This document shows, piece after piece, positions 25,576 through 39,035 of a stretch of 63,983 nucleotides of DNA. The translations under genes were made by a program, and so were the position numbers. The stretch comes from Octopus bimaculoides (Eukaryota), in the NCBI RefSeq assembly GCF_001194135.2, contig NC_068982.1, forward strand, positions 10,699,798 through 10,763,780, read 5' to 3'. Each line of letters starts with the position of its first letter. Position 1 is the first letter of the stretch. Below the pieces are notes generated by a model that had not been told where the DNA came from, made no database searches, and saw nothing but the letters and a program-made list of their open reading frames with translations.

Positions 25576-26299
25576 AAATTATTTTAAAAGATTTATTTAA
25601 TTTCATATATATTCCTAAAGCTAATATGATTGAATCTATCCAGAACCATCAACGCAATTATACTTCAGCATTAAGTAGAATAACGAATACCAAACAAACA
25701 AATTATTGAATATTTAAAAAGAGAAATATCATTGTTATTGATGTAGTAATGGTTATTGAATTTCCCCGATTTGGACAAGTTTCCATCTTAGAATACTAAG
25801 TTGTATTACATGAATATGCATGAAAAAGTTTACAACATATAATTTTCATTATATGCAGAGAAGTATTGTAACAATACCTTGGAATCTAAATGAGAAAATG
25901 ATATAATATTAACCATCGACGGATTATGTATTTTAAAATTCTTCGTCGTTTCGTGAGATATTATTGAATTATGAAAATGCATATCATGCTTTATTCAATT
26001 TTACTAATTTTATGATGTAATATCTGTACAGAAATGTCATTAGTTGTAGGTTCCCAACGGGCCAATCAATAAAACACTGCTTCTCTGACGGCAAATGTGA
26101 CATAGAAGTGTATATGTTAATCAGGGTTGAGCAGATACCAGCGGAGGTACAGGTTTTAGTTTCGTACTTGAGTTTTCATTCATCGTTGATGTACAGAGGT
26201 GAAATTATGATACACTCACACATCACATACACGCACACAACACACACATACACACATACACATAAATATATATACATGCATAATATAGGTTTGTGTTTA

Positions 26300-26420
26300 T
26301 CCTGGTTCAATGCAAATATCGATAGTTTAGAAGAAAACTTTCTTTGCACAATAGATTTCTAGCGATGTGACAAACTCACAAAGCTACAGCCACTCCTGGA
26401 TATATTCCATTCAAATTGAT
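26300..26420 (+). mobile_element. Possible piggyBac-like transposase relic
   Basis: ..CDKLTKLQPLLDIFHSN resembles the piggyBac DKL.KIRPL.D motif; very short and decayed. Confidence 0.3.
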
Positions 26421-27627
26421 AGCCAATGGAGGGCAAACTGAAGAAAATCTATTCGAAAGGAAAAAGATAATACAGGAAGAAAATGAAGTTTAAAACATTC
26501 CTAAAAGTAGAAAAGATATATTATAAGTGAACTGAAATTTTCTAATGTTAGGAATAAATGATTAAAAAAATGTGTAGAGTATGTTATATGGTTATGAATG
26601 AATTCACTAATAATTATGGTTCATCTGAGATTGTTGTGTTGTTGAAGAAAGCATTGACATTCGATTCTTAAAAAGACACAAGAGAAAACATATTAAAATG
26701 TGTTTGTGCCGTTGTGTATGTCTCTACGCATGTGTTCCGATATAAGTAAGTTGCGTATGTGGATCAAAATATAATAATCATACCACGGGAGTGACGGTTA
26801 AGAAATTATTAAAGCTAAAATGTAGAAAAAGGTGTGAGGTTAATTTGTTCTATTATTATTTATTACTTTTGGGAAAATTTATATCTGATATACAAATAAT
26901 AAAATTTGAAAGCTAGCGTGAGTAATTCCATTTATTCATTTGCAATACATTTATCGCAGGAAGTATGGGAAGTTACCTAGTTAAGAATAACATGTAACCG
27001 GGAATATTTTCGTACACAATGGGAATGATATAAATAGCTTTTCCAACAGAAGTCAGAAGAATTTAAGAGCTCAATCCTCAGTCAGTTCTATAAGCAATGG
27101 TCTATAGCCTAAGATGAAAAGTTCATCCTTATCCCGCAGATTAGCCCTGACCGACCAGGTATATGACCACAGGATGCAACGCTCATGACCCTACACCTCA
27201 ATGGATCAAGAAGTTCCAGATATTAAACGCAGACATGAAAACAGAGAGACATATCAATGATTTCATAATTAAACTGGCATCAATAGAGGAACTTTTTTGA
27301 GCAAAATTCACTTCCCTGAAAATCCAAGTCCAGTTTCAAATCAGTCATCAGATCTAAGAGCTAACAAAGTAGTTACCTTTTAATGAATACTAGTCTGAAA
27401 CAAAGGTTTCCTCTACAGCGTTGCAATCTTACCCGCGTTATCACTGACCAGCAACATAATGTATACTCAGCAAAATTTTCCGAAAGGTATCTCATCTGCA
27501 CGAAACTCCGACTAAAATTGAAGTTACTCACCGACTCCGATAAACCCGATATAAGTTCAACATAATGTATAGAGTACTCTTACATTTCATTCATAATCAT
27601 AAATGAATGTGTGTGCGTCTAGGTGTA

Positions 27628-27677
<50 letters not shown>

Positions 27678-27869
27678 CGTATGTATTGGGGTATGAGTGT
27701 CTGTGGTATATATATATTTATATATACATAGGCACAAATGTAACTGACCGCTGTTTATTTCCACGTGTTCCGTTCTTACCTTCCCGAGCGTCAAGCTAAT
27801 ACACCTGCTTGTTGTTTCTGCTACACCTGTCTTTGTCTTTTGTTTTCTGTAAATTTACACTATATATAG

Positions 27870-28450
27870 TAAAGATTATTTGCCAACATATCATGGCAGT
27901 ACTAGTTTAAGACGAATGCTCATGTTATTTAACCCCAGGAAACATCGTCGCCGGCTGGTTATGCGGCACACTATATGTGTCCTTATATTTTCGAACATGG
28001 AAGTTTAGTATCCCCACTCAGAACAAAACAATGCCAACACATCGCGATTTCTGGGTTATTTCCTTTCCCCAGCACAGAATAACTGTTCGGCTAGAGGTGA
28101 CGGTGTTAAATTCTTGCTCGAAATATATAGTTGTCAAAGTTACTCACAGTCACCGATCTAATAAAATAGAAAACTTGTATATGTAAATCTATCAACGCGA
28201 GAGGTTCAGTAACAGTACTCTAGTCTAGACTAAAGTTTATTTGCCAACATAATGTGGCAGTCCTGGTTTAGGACGAATGTTACTGTTATTTAGCCACAGG
28301 GAACATTGTCTCCATCTGGCTATACGACACATTATTGGTGTCCTTATATTTTCGAACAAGGGAGTTTAGCATCTCCGCAGCACAAAACAATATATGTGTT
28401 ATTTCTCTTCATAAGGGAAATAATCTTTACTCTAGAGTACTGTTACTGAA
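27870..28450 (+). repeat. Two head-to-tail copies of family G, period about 350 bp
   Basis: TAAAG.TTATTTGCCAACAT..TGGCAGT.CT.GTTTA.GACGAATG...GTGTCCTTATATTTTCGAACA is repeated. Confidence 0.8.
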
Positions 28451-28459
28451 TATATATAC

Positions 28460-28600
28460 GACGGGCGTCTTTGAGCTTCCGTCTACCAAATCTACTCACA
28501 GGGCTTTGGTCGGCCCGAGGGTATAGTACAAGACACTTGTCCAAGGTGCAACGCAGTGTGGGAAGCAAGATTCTTACCACACAGTCACGTCTGTGCATAT
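28460..28600 (-). mobile_element. SINE family B core
   Basis: CTTCCGTCTACCAAATCTACTCACAGGGCTTTGGTCGGCCCGAGG. Confidence 0.8.
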
Positions 28601-31517
28601 TTATTTATATATATATATATATATATCGAATTGTCAAAATTTGAGCCTGAAGGTAATATGTCATCATGAATTTTACATTATTTAATTACATATGAAATCC
28701 CGTTATAGTGTATATTTTATAACACTATGTATTGACTCATATCTACATGTATACATTTCTCTCTTTGTATCCAATGAGTGATTTACTTCTTATTGTGTTC
28801 CAGTTCACAGCAACTATTTGCATTTGTGCATCTCTCAACTTGTGAGTGCGTGTCTATAAATATGTTAACATGTATATATTTATTGTTCCTGAGAAACAAA
28901 ACCATTGGGGAGAACTAAAGACGATATAATGACTTGAATGTCATTCTACATGTCTATGGCTGCAATCCCAAGACTAAAACAGGAAAAATAAGAAACAGCA
29001 TAGATGTATATATGCTTGTGTATATATTTAGTAGTTTATATTACTTTTTATTTTATTTATTTTTGTTTTTGTTATTGTAATCGTATTCCAAAATACATTT
29101 AAGTAATTTTCAGTATGTAATTACTTTTATGCATTTATGTTTGCATAGAAGGAATTCATAATATGCCTATCATTCTGCTGAGATTTCGCTGTTTACTTCA
29201 AAATGATTTCAAATGAAAAAAAAAAAAGAAATCATAAAATTCAATACGTAAGTTCGTTTGCAGCTGACATATGTTTCTGTATCAGACGAATATGTTTATT
29301 TAGCTGGCACTGACATTTAGAAATATTTTCAAAGCTCGTATTTTGCAAAAGGCCCTACATTTTAAAGAATGAAATAACGCTAATGAAGCAGTGAATTTAG
29401 CAGGTTTGGATTGATTCTTTTAATGAGAGGAGTCTTCTGAGAGAGAAAGAAATCGCTTGTTCGTCTCAGGAGAAGGGATATCACTGAGACAAACATCAGA
29501 TTACTTTTCTTGCTGGGATGTGAGGATTTGCTAAAACTCGGAAATGTTTTGGAAAGTTTTCGTCGTCGCAATCGGCCAGCAGTTTCCCATCCTTCTATTT
29601 TCAAGTAGTTAATTGTCTTCAATACAATAATTATTCTGAATTTACACAGACAAATAATGACGTCAGTTTTCTTGGTTTGAAATGCTGAACATAGCTCAAC
29701 ATTTAATAATTACGAGTATTTAACCTGTCAGATCTTTTCTTTATCTTTATAATATTAAAATAATATATATACGATAACTCTAAATACTTTTGAAGCACCA
29801 GTTTCAGAGAACGGTCTTTGATAGCATGTTAGCAAACGTGTCTTTATGTGGTCGGTCAAAGTGCAGGAAAAGAAGAGCTATATTTCCACCATATCATACA
29901 CTGAATCTTACAAAATGGACAGCAAATTGAATTGGAACAACTAATGCATCATGACACAAACTGGAACGCTTTGATCAGTGACGTGCTTCATCAGGCTTAC
30001 TCTGCCTCAACTAATACGAATATATTTTGTAGAAAGATACAGAATATAGGCAATTGTGGGTGATTTCGGGATTTTGCATGGTCAGCGGATAAGCGTAGCC
30101 TAGTTAGCAAGATTTTCAGTTGAACGTTTCTCATATTCTCACTTCTAAATAACTTACACTAATAGAAAATTCGAGTCTTCGGTATTTTATTTCCTCAACT
30201 TTAATACCATTAAAATGTGTACCGATGTTTCTTGCATACAAATTCTATGCTTTGTGTAAAGGAATAGAATTTTACTCGTAATGGCAATAAAAGAAGTAAA
30301 ATATCTAATTCCGGCAATAAGCTGCTTTATTGATCACGATAACTGGAAGATTCTTCTTGTAATTAGTTAAACCGTGACAAATTTTCAAGTTTATATAGAC
30401 ATATATAAATAGTAGTTTCCTGTAGTTGGAATTCGTGATTACAAGTTAATGTAATCATTGTTTTCATCTTGTGAGCCATTTTATTTGGAAGGGTCTCAGG
30501 TTCATTCTGTCATTTAATTTGTTTAGAAAGTGAATAGTTGTTTGCTGTAAGACGAAAATATCCGTTGGCGGATTCTTTCAGTCTAGAGTATTAGGAAATA
30601 TTTTCTGTGGATCAGTGAATGTATGTCGGTTGATATGAAAGGATGGGATGGGGTTTTATCATATTTTATAATAGTAATAATGCAGGTATTTATTTATTTA
30701 CTGGGGGTGGTGTAAAGTGGTTTTATTGCTTTAACAGATAATGTATTGTTTATTGGTCACACATGTAAATACGGGCGCCAACATGGAGGTGATAATGTGA
30801 TGCTTGTTTCAGAGTGCATCTATGTGTGCACGTTCATGAATATATATGTTTTCTAGTGTGGGTGTATTTGCACATAATTCCTTGGGCTTGTGGATCTGTG
30901 TATGGTTGCATACCTTTATTCATACGAGTGAGTAGGATATCACCGATAAAAACGTAACAACATACACACAACATATATCAAACACATACGCATGCACACA
31001 TGCACACACATTACATGCACTTATACTGGAGTACACACATACATATAGACGTTCTTCCGTGGTCGATAGATCAAATAATGTAAAATAAAACCAATTGCGT
31101 ACGGGAATCGATCTTACCGTTTACACTCATCACCAAAATGCGAGGCCTTCTGGTTTCGTGACAAATAAAGATGATGTAGTCTTTGTGCTATTGGTACAAT
31201 CAAAAAACCAGTGGCATCAATTTATACTGCGTTGACCTGAATTAATATAAGTGTAAGTGTAACAATTTTTTTTCTATTGGCACACATATTGTACAGAAAG
31301 ATAAGTTACTCATATCTCTCTATATATTTATCTTTGTATTTTGATATTTATACATTGCAAAAAAGCTGTTCCTTAATCAAGCGCCATCCAGAAAATGAAT
31401 TGAAGACACTGGAACATATCATTGTTTGGTTCCTTTATTCAGAATTTGCCAACAAATACAAATGACGCCAAAAACGTATTCTAAATTTCATTTATACATA
31501 CATACATACATACATGC

Positions 31518-31548
<31 letters not shown>

Positions 31549-32212
31549 GCTTTCCTATCGTAATCGAATTTCGACAATAGCACGACTGTAAAATACATTC
31601 ATTCAGTATTAACCCTGCAGTTACATTTCCAGAAATCAATCATGATTACAACGAAATGTCATTTCATAGACTACTCGCATTGATTATTTGCTAAACATAA
31701 ACAAGTTCGTTTAAGTGTTATTAAATTCCAGAGCTGACATGTAATATTGTTTTTGTTCTTATTTATGCAGCTTAAAAACGTGACATTTTAACTATTATTT
31801 TGTTCTCGTATTAAATGCATATATAATTAGATAAAGAAAGCTTTTATTTGTCAAATTTATTAAATGTACCTTCATTTGCTCATTTTTAGAAGTTATCTTA
31901 TTTAATTTTACTATTAGTGTTCGCGTTAATGTTAACATGTAATATTATCCAAACTACTAATACACCCTCTGTTAGTAATGATTATAATAATAATAATAAT
32001 GATAACAAAAAAAGAAGAGTACCGTTGTCATCCAGTGAACGATATTTCGATATCTCTTGTGTCTTCCACAGGTTCAAAAAAGTAAACGTATCAATCTACA
32101 CGAGACGTCGAAATATTGTTCACTCGATGACAATGGCACCCTTCTTTTTTTTTTTTTTTTTGCTTCTGTATCTTCTGGAGGAGTTATCTCAATCACAAAC
32201 AATAATAATAAA

Positions 32213-32470
32213 GATGGTTTCAAATTTTGCCACAAGAGCAGCAATTTTGGAGGAGGGGATGAGTCGATTATAACAACCCCAGTGTTTCACTGGTACTTAT
32301 TTTATCGATTCCGAAAGGATGAAAGGCAAAGACGACCTCAGTAAAATGCCGGTAAGCATTTTGTCCGGCGTGCTAACGATTCAGCCAATTCAATAATCTT
32401 TTCTACTCTAGGCACAAGGCCCAAAATTTTGGAGGAGCAGGGCCAGTCAGGTAGATCGACTCCGGTACGC
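32213..32470 (-). mobile_element. SINE family A, one copy plus a second tail fragment
   Basis: CAAATTTTG..GGAGG..AGTCGATTA..CCCCAGT..TGGTACTTATTTTATCGA..GAAAGGATGAAAGGCAAAG. Confidence 0.8.
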
Positions 32471-32489
32471 AACTGAAAGAACGAAAAGT

Positions 32490-32785
32490 CGATAGATATG
32501 ACAGGTTAGCTTGGGAGGTAAAGCAGTTCTGTGGATGTAAAAGCTGGTAGTAGCACCAATAATTTTCGGAGCCCTGGGAGCAGTGAGTAAAAATCTTGAG
32601 AAGTACATGGAACAAATAGGACCTGTATTAAGGGTGGAGCACTTGCAGAAAACAGCACTGCTTGGAACCGCTCGAATACTCCGGATGGTGCTCGAAAAAT
32701 AAGAGGTGTTACCTTAGTTCGCTGGTAGTGAACAGTTGACATTATAATACTTCTCCAGCGTTAGAAGCTGTGCAAGAACAATAAG
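32490..32785 (+). mobile_element. R4/Dong-clade (REL) LINE 3' end followed by a (TAC)n/(TAA)n tail
   Basis: PIIFGALGAVSKNLEKYMEQIG...EHLQKTALLGTARILRMVLEK* (stop at 32700-32702). Confidence 0.88.
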
Positions 32786-32818
32786 TAATACTACTACTAC
32801 TATTTGTACTACTACTAC

Positions 32819-32875
<57 letters not shown>

Positions 32876-32907
32876 TGATGATGATGATGATGATGATAGT
32901 AGTAGTA

Positions 32908-32947
<40 letters not shown>

Positions 32948-32949
<2 letters not shown>

Positions 32950-33456
32950 GCTCTGGTGCAGTACCAGGCAGTGGCTCTCATGGTTTTTGATCTTAAGTGA
33001 TTGGAAGTGTTATCATGTAGATCGTTTTGTCTTGGTATAAAAGATGGGCTACAGCAAATATTCTGCTCAACACCACAGATTTGCTTGTCAGTTGTTTGAC
33101 CTTAACCAGTTGAGCATGTCCCTTGGTGGCTAACAATATGTGCCTCTCTGATCACGATCAGAAGTAGTGGGGGAGCATCATAGCCATGTGTTGAGAGGAG
33201 TGTTTGGGGGTTTGAAAAATTCACCCCTGGAGTCGTGTGTGTGTATTGTTCTTCATCCTTAAAGCAAACCTTTTTCAGGGACCATTTGAGCAGGATGGGA
33301 TATTCGACCTGAAGAAAATTGTAACCGGTTCCCACCAGCAAGATCATGCGCTCTTTATCTTGGTTTGAGATCACCATGTCGCGCACATATGGGTATATTG
33401 GGCTTCGTATACTTTACCCCAGTGTCACTTTGATGGCATTCGCTGCTCTCTCAGTC
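32948..33456 (+). mobile_element. Family E element, longest copy, flanked by (TAA)n-type tracts
   Basis: Collinear with 38482-39012 and 3900-4182, with about 100 bp of extra 5' sequence. Confidence 0.85.
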
Positions 33457-34357
33457 AATGATAATATTAATAACGATGATGATGATAATAATAATAATAA
33501 TAATAAAACATTGTAAAGGCAAAGATAGGTAAGACTCAGTCAGAGAGCTAACACAGGATCTGTGAAAGAGGAAGACGAGAGTATCATCCACCTCTTAAGT
33601 GGATACAATAAGATAGCTGAGAAATGAGTATCAGCGTAAGCATGATTTAAACTCAGAGCCGGAATGATCGTCAGCGTATATAATTTCTTCGGCGGCCGAA
33701 CGTTTCTGCCAGAAAACTATTTCTAATTTAGGCACGTGAGTAGTAATTTTGAGAGCTGTGTTAACCGATACCTTTGATTCCAGTACATGACCGATTTTCT
33801 ATTTTATCAAGCATAGCATCGAAAATCAAAATAAAATTAAAAGAGAATGGTGGATTTTTAGCACTGCATTAAAATGGTACACGTCAATGCATTATCCAGA
33901 ATATACGAGCTCTATAAACGAGATTGTCGTGTAATAGAGAAGAAAAACAAGTGAAAATAAATGTTAATGCACACGCACTTCCGAATGCATAGAGATTTAT
34001 GATAAACAATAACAAGAAGGCAAGTACTGTAACAGAACGAATCCTAGAGTAAATGCAAACTGAAGCTACAATAAAAACAACTGCCTGCACATAAAAATGA
34101 CTGCATACGAAAAACCAATGAAAATTTAACAACAGCACACTGTGAATACAAAGCCAGATACTAGACACGTCGAAGCATAAAATAAATGAGTCCTACAAGC
34201 AGACAAAATGCTGCAGAATCCACCATATAAGATAGAAACAATGCGTTCCAGTTTATCGAAAATAAGTAAATACGGTGCCACGACAAAATATTATTATGAA
34301 CTTCACACATAACAATACGTAGGATTCAGAACAGAAGCCAGAAAGGATCAACTAGAA

Positions 34358-34619
34358 CAGGTGCCGGTCCGCGAGCCGTCAACTGCCGGTCCGCGGCGAG
34401 TTTCCAGAAAAGAATGAAACATTATAAAATGTTTATGTAATATTGTATTATTTGTTTACAAAATAAATATAAGATAAACAAATTGTCAACTTTTATTATA
34501 TTCATTATATATATCGTTTCCGGTATAAATTAATATTACAAAGAAATATTACTGGTCCCTGGCACATTAGAGCCAAAGAAAATGTCGGTACGCCACATCA
34601 GATAGTTTGAGAAGCTCTG
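34358..34619. mobile_element. hAT-Charlie-like MITE
   Basis: GCCGGTCCGCG subterminal repeats, GTTTGAGAAGCTCTG right end, flanks AACTAGAA / TACTAGAG (6 of 8 match, CTAGA core). Confidence 0.55.
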
Positions 34620-35009
34620 TACTAGAGGACAACTTGGCAGAAGAAATTTACAAATACGAGAGACCCTAACAAAATTGATGAGCATAAATCAATATAAAGG
34701 TTTATATGAATCACACACGAACAAATGACTCCACGAAGGAATACTTACAAATATCACAACTCTGATATCACAAATTCACTCTACAGAAACAAATACCTCA
34801 GATATTAGCTGACTGTATGATTTAACCTATTCAGTTGTAGTATCGTGGTAAAGGGATATGATCCTGATAACGTTAGTTTTTTTTCAACCAGCCGTTGTCA
34901 CCCTAAAAAAGATGAACTGAAGCTGCGACATAGCCTTGGAAACAAAAAACACCTAAACTTAAAAGAATAAAGTAATAAAAGAGTATATATGTGTGTATGT
35001 ATGTGTACG

Positions 35010-35150
35010 ACTAGCTTCTTTCAGTTTCCGTCTACCAAATCCCCTCACAAGGCTTTCTTCGGCCCGAATTTATAGTAGAAAACACTTGTCCAAGATGCCA
35101 CGCCGTGAGACTGAACTCGGAACCATGTGGTCGGGAAGCAAGCTTCCCCA
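35010..35150 (-). mobile_element. SINE family B core and head
   Basis: CTTCTTTCAGTTTCCGTCTACCAAATCC...GACTGAACTCGGAACCATGTGG. Confidence 0.82.
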
Positions 35151-35744
35151 GCATTATTGTATCTGTTATGCTATGTCAAAACGAATATAACTTTAACACG
35201 ACAAGGCAAACAGAACACAAAACGAATTCGGTGCTCATAAAAAAAAAATCTTCTAAGTCTCATTATTCCAGCTACTCTTTTTCGTGACTTTCATTCCATT
35301 AAAATTCGACTGAATGAAGCCGCTGCTGATGGTAGTTGCTACGGACACATTATGAAACTATAAATCATCTTTATTATATTGACGACGAAATATATTCGCA
35401 GGAGATAGTTCCCAATTGGATTACCAAACTAAAACCTTTTCCTAAAATCTGATAAACACTGTTCCAAAATATTAAAAGAAAATATTGGCTGAGACAACTG
35501 TGCCAAAGCTGCAATAAAAAGGGACAAATTAACCAAAACTGAGAACATTAAATTAGATGCACAGACAGAAGTCAGAGAAATAGTCCAGATCCAGTCATCT
35601 AAAATATATAAAAGTGGATTAAACGATGAAGCCGTAAGAGCATCACACCTGAAATGAAGGGGAATTTAGAGAGAAGTATGAATCAGATTACTATTTATGA
35701 CCGAAACCACTCAATGTAATAAAACAAAGTGTATTTTCTAATCA

Positions 35745-35985
35745 AGGTACAAGGCCTGAAAGTTTGGGGGAGGCGACTAGTCGATTGCATTTCGCTCGGC
35801 TTGCTAACGATTCTGCCAGCTCGCCGGTAATCTTTTCTACTAAAGGCACAAGGGATAACATTCTGGGGGAGAGTGCAAGTCGATTACATCGAGCCCAGTA
35901 CTTAACTGCTACTTAATTTATCGACCCCGAAAAGATGAAAGGCAAAGTCGATCTCGGCGGAACTTGAACTCAGAACGTAGCGATA
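35745..35985 (-). mobile_element. SINE family A, two pieces
   Basis: TTTATCGACCCCGAAAAGATGAAAGGCAAAGTCGATCTCGGCGGAACTTGAACTCAGAACGTAGCG. Confidence 0.8.
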
Positions 35986-36039
35986 CTACCACGTGCACCA
36001 ATTACTATTGGTATCAAGTCTACTCTCTTCATTGACCAC

Positions 36040-36660
36040 AACCGTCGTATTTCTTACCTCAAATCCTCATAGTTACCGGGGCATGCTATGTCGATTACCA
36101 TACATGCACTTTCTTTTATATTCACTATAACAATGTCCGATTTCCGATGTCTGATCAGGTGATCACACTGGATCATTACATCGCACAAGATTTTGTGATT
36201 CACATTCTCAGTGACACTTTCTGGGGTTTTCTCATACCACGCTTTGCTCTTCGTAGGCTGTGGTTTCCATAGAGCTTCTAATGGATCATTCTTGCCACAT
36301 TGTCATGGCGTCTTTTCTATTCGTGTTTTGCCAATTTTGGGCATTCGCAATCGATGTGCCATAACGTTTCGCCAATCTCCCCACACATTCTCCATTTGTC
36401 GCTGTCGGTAGTGTTGTCTATTCTGCATTTCACATAGTTGGTCCTTAACGATTGTTCTTGAGCTGCGCATGTGAGTGCTTCTGTCTCTATCTTCAGGTCA
36501 CTCCTTCTCCTCCATGGCCACCGGTCTTCTGTATCTGTCTTGGCGTTCACATCTCTTGCAAACTGACCATACATTTTTTTTCCTTCCATTATTTTTCTCT
36601 TCTGTTTTTTGTTCCACGGCCTTCTTCGTATGTTTCATCAATGGCTTCACAGAATATTAT
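36040..36660 (-). mobile_element. R4/Dong-clade LINE fragment: CCHC knuckle and REL endonuclease, decayed
   Basis: KKMYGQFAR..W..RSDLKIETEALTCAAQEQSLRTNY....D..RMCGE.GET.WHI..ECPKLA.HEYKRRHDNVA...HRKSDIVIV. Confidence 0.92.
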
Positions 36661-36667
36661 CATTATT

Positions 36668-36880
36668 AAGGTGGTGAACTTGCAGAATCGTTAGCATGCT
36701 GGACGAAACGCTTAGCGGCATTTCACCAGTCGCTACGTTCTGAGTTCAAATTCTACCGAGGTCGACTATTCTTTTCAACCTTTTGGGGGTCGATAAAATA
36801 AGTACCAGTTTAATACTGGGGTCAATGTAATCAACTTATCTCCTCCCCCAAAATTGCACCTGTGGCAAAATTTGAAACCA
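36668..36880 (+). mobile_element. SINE family A
   Basis: GCAGAATCGTTAGCATGCTGG..GAGTTCAAATTCTACCGAGGTCGACT. Confidence 0.82.
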
Positions 36881-36889
36881 TCGTTGTTG

Positions 36890-37161
36890 TTATTATTTTA
36901 TGTTTTACTTTTGCTTTGCATTTGTACAAGTTGGATCCAAGTCTCACCCAGAGACCTCAAGAGACAACAAGTTAGAAGTTCATGTAGGTGTTATGCCTAG
37001 GGTACCATATATTTGGATTTGTACATAGTGTTGTTCTAGAGAATGTTTAAGAAACCATAAGAAAATTATGTGTTTGTTTTAAAATTTGAGATCACATAGA
37101 CAGTATTTTACGTAGGATATGGGCAGTTCCCATGAGCACTATCTTTTGGGGTTTCCTGGTA

Positions 37162-37173
<12 letters not shown>
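36890..37173 (-). mobile_element. R4-like LINE extreme 3' end flanked by (TAA)n
   Basis: Translates ..KIVLMGTAHILRKILSM* then UTR; (AAT)n upstream and AATAATAAC downstream. Confidence 0.75.
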
Positions 37174-37209
<36 letters not shown>

Positions 37210-37499
37210 CATTATTTTTTTTTCCCTTTTTCTTTCTTTTTTTCTTTCTTTCTTCCTGCTTATTAAAAAACTGACAAAAGCTGATGATGTCATTCTATCA
37301 ACGTATGGACGCTGATTACTCACGTTCATAGTTTACGTTTGGTTTCTGAAATTTTGAATTTTCAATCACCTTTTGGTTTGAACTTGAGAAAGGCATATGT
37401 TCTGTCGAAATATTGTTCAAAAAATAAAACATCTAAAATCGCACTCTTCGTCTTGACTATTTACCTTCGTGAAGAGTTACGTCAATCCTTTTTTTTAAA

Positions 37500-37559
<60 letters not shown>

Positions 37560-37560
<1 letters not shown>

Positions 37561-37850
37561 TAGTTTTATTTTTTATAGCGTGCTTTCACTTCACTACCGA
37601 GCGCAGCTCTGTGTGCCTTGGGTATGTGCTGTGGTTTGCTGTGATGCTCTTACGGTTACTGTATTGAAAGCGTTTAACGAAGGTAATGTGCGGGGGCGAG
37701 TAGTGCTATTTTCTGTATATTATATATATATTCGTTAGTCCTGGTGTTTTTGTTATGTATTTGTCTATTTTTTTTTATCACACCTAATACGCCCACTATG
37801 ATAGGAATTGTTTCTTCTTTTAGATTCCACATTCGAGTTACCTCTATTTC
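37560..37850 (-). mobile_element. R4-like LINE 3' end with (AAT)n tail
   Basis: RMWNLKEETIPIIVGVLGVIKK...IYNIQKIALL..AHYLR then UTR and (AAT)n at 37500-37557. Confidence 0.82.
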
Positions 37851-38369
37851 CACGAATATATGAGTGTGTGTGTGTGTGTGTGTATATACATACATATGCA
37901 TATAAATGTATTCAACATATAAATTGGTTAAGCTTCGCTTGACAGGCAGGGTTCTTTCGTTGCATCAAGGACAAGCTGAATCTTAAACGCAAATGAATAC
38001 CGATCTTGAAAATCACTTCAACTATACATCATTATTGTGTTTGATAGAAGTGGATTCCGAGGAAGGAATTAAATTGAACCACTGCAACAATGGGAAGCCA
38101 AAGTAACATATAAGAAAGGTGGGTATATTAAGGTCGATGTAGTTCGATTGCAATTTGCAGAGTTGAGATTTCGTTAGAACACAGTGTTCGTTAAGGTCAA
38201 AACTGCAGTAAGTGATAGGTTCATTTCACCTGTCAATGTCACACTGAATCTTGCCTTTAAAAAATGTAGCGTCAGCTTGTGAAAACATCCAACAGCAATA
38301 GTTATAAAGCAATACATTATTTAATATGTATAACCCCGTTTTGTAAACCATAGAATGTTGGTGTCAGGT

Positions 38370-38441
38370 TTTCATATGGCGTTGTGGTTAAGAGCGCGGG
38401 CTACTAACCCCAAGATTCCGAGTTCGACTCCTGGCAGTGAT

Positions 38442-38444
<3 letters not shown>
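38370..38444 (+). mobile_element. tRNA-derived Pol III head of family F (not a functional tRNA)
   Basis: A-box TGGCGTTGTGG, B-box GAGTTCGACTCC (38420-38431), runs directly into (AAT)n. Confidence 0.7.
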
Positions 38445-38481
<37 letters not shown>

Positions 38482-38482
<1 letters not shown>

Positions 38483-39012
38483 TGGGCTACAGCAAATATT
38501 CTACTCAATACCGCAGATTTGCTTGTCAGTTGTTTGACCGTAACCAGTTGACCATGTCCCTTGATGGCTGATGATATGTGCATTCCTGATCATGATCAGA
38601 AGTAGTGGGGGAGCATCATAGCCATGTGTTGAGAGGAATTCTTTGGGGTTTGAATAATTCACCTTTGGAAACACGGATGTTTTGTTCANNNNNNNNNNTG
38701 TTGAGAGGAATTCTTTGGGGTTTGAATAATTCACCTTTGGAAACACGGATGTTTTGTTCAACATCCTTAAACAAACCTTATTCAGGGACCTTTTGAGCGG
38801 GAGCGGCTAGTCGACCTGAAGAAAATTCTGACTGGGCCCCACCTGCGAGGTCATACGCTGTTTATCTTGATATGAAATCACCATGTCGCGCACATATGGT
38901 TGTGATGCATGTGCCTGGTGTACCCTTATCAGACGGGTAGTCATGATGGGTATAATCGGCTTCGTATATTTTACCCCAGTGTCACCTTGATGGCATGCAC
39001 TGCTCTCTCACT
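38482..39012 (+). mobile_element. Family E element inserted in the (AAT)n linker of family F
   Basis: (AAT)n on both sides; collinear with the other E copies; contains a 10-N gap. Confidence 0.85.
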
Positions 39013-39035
39013 AAATAATAATAATAATAATAACA

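Noticed and set aside
29380-29622. 80-aa minus ORF and several open plus frames in a GC-richer patch
   Set aside because: No convincing splice sites, no recognisable motif, several equally plausible frames.
38370-38444. Possible tRNA gene
   Set aside because: No acceptor-stem pairing evident and it runs into (AAT)n; treated as a SINE head.
38627-38760. Exact duplication of about 60 bp either side of a 10-N gap (also seen at 63050-63142)
   Set aside because: Typical unmerged contig-overlap artefact; other family E copies have one unit.
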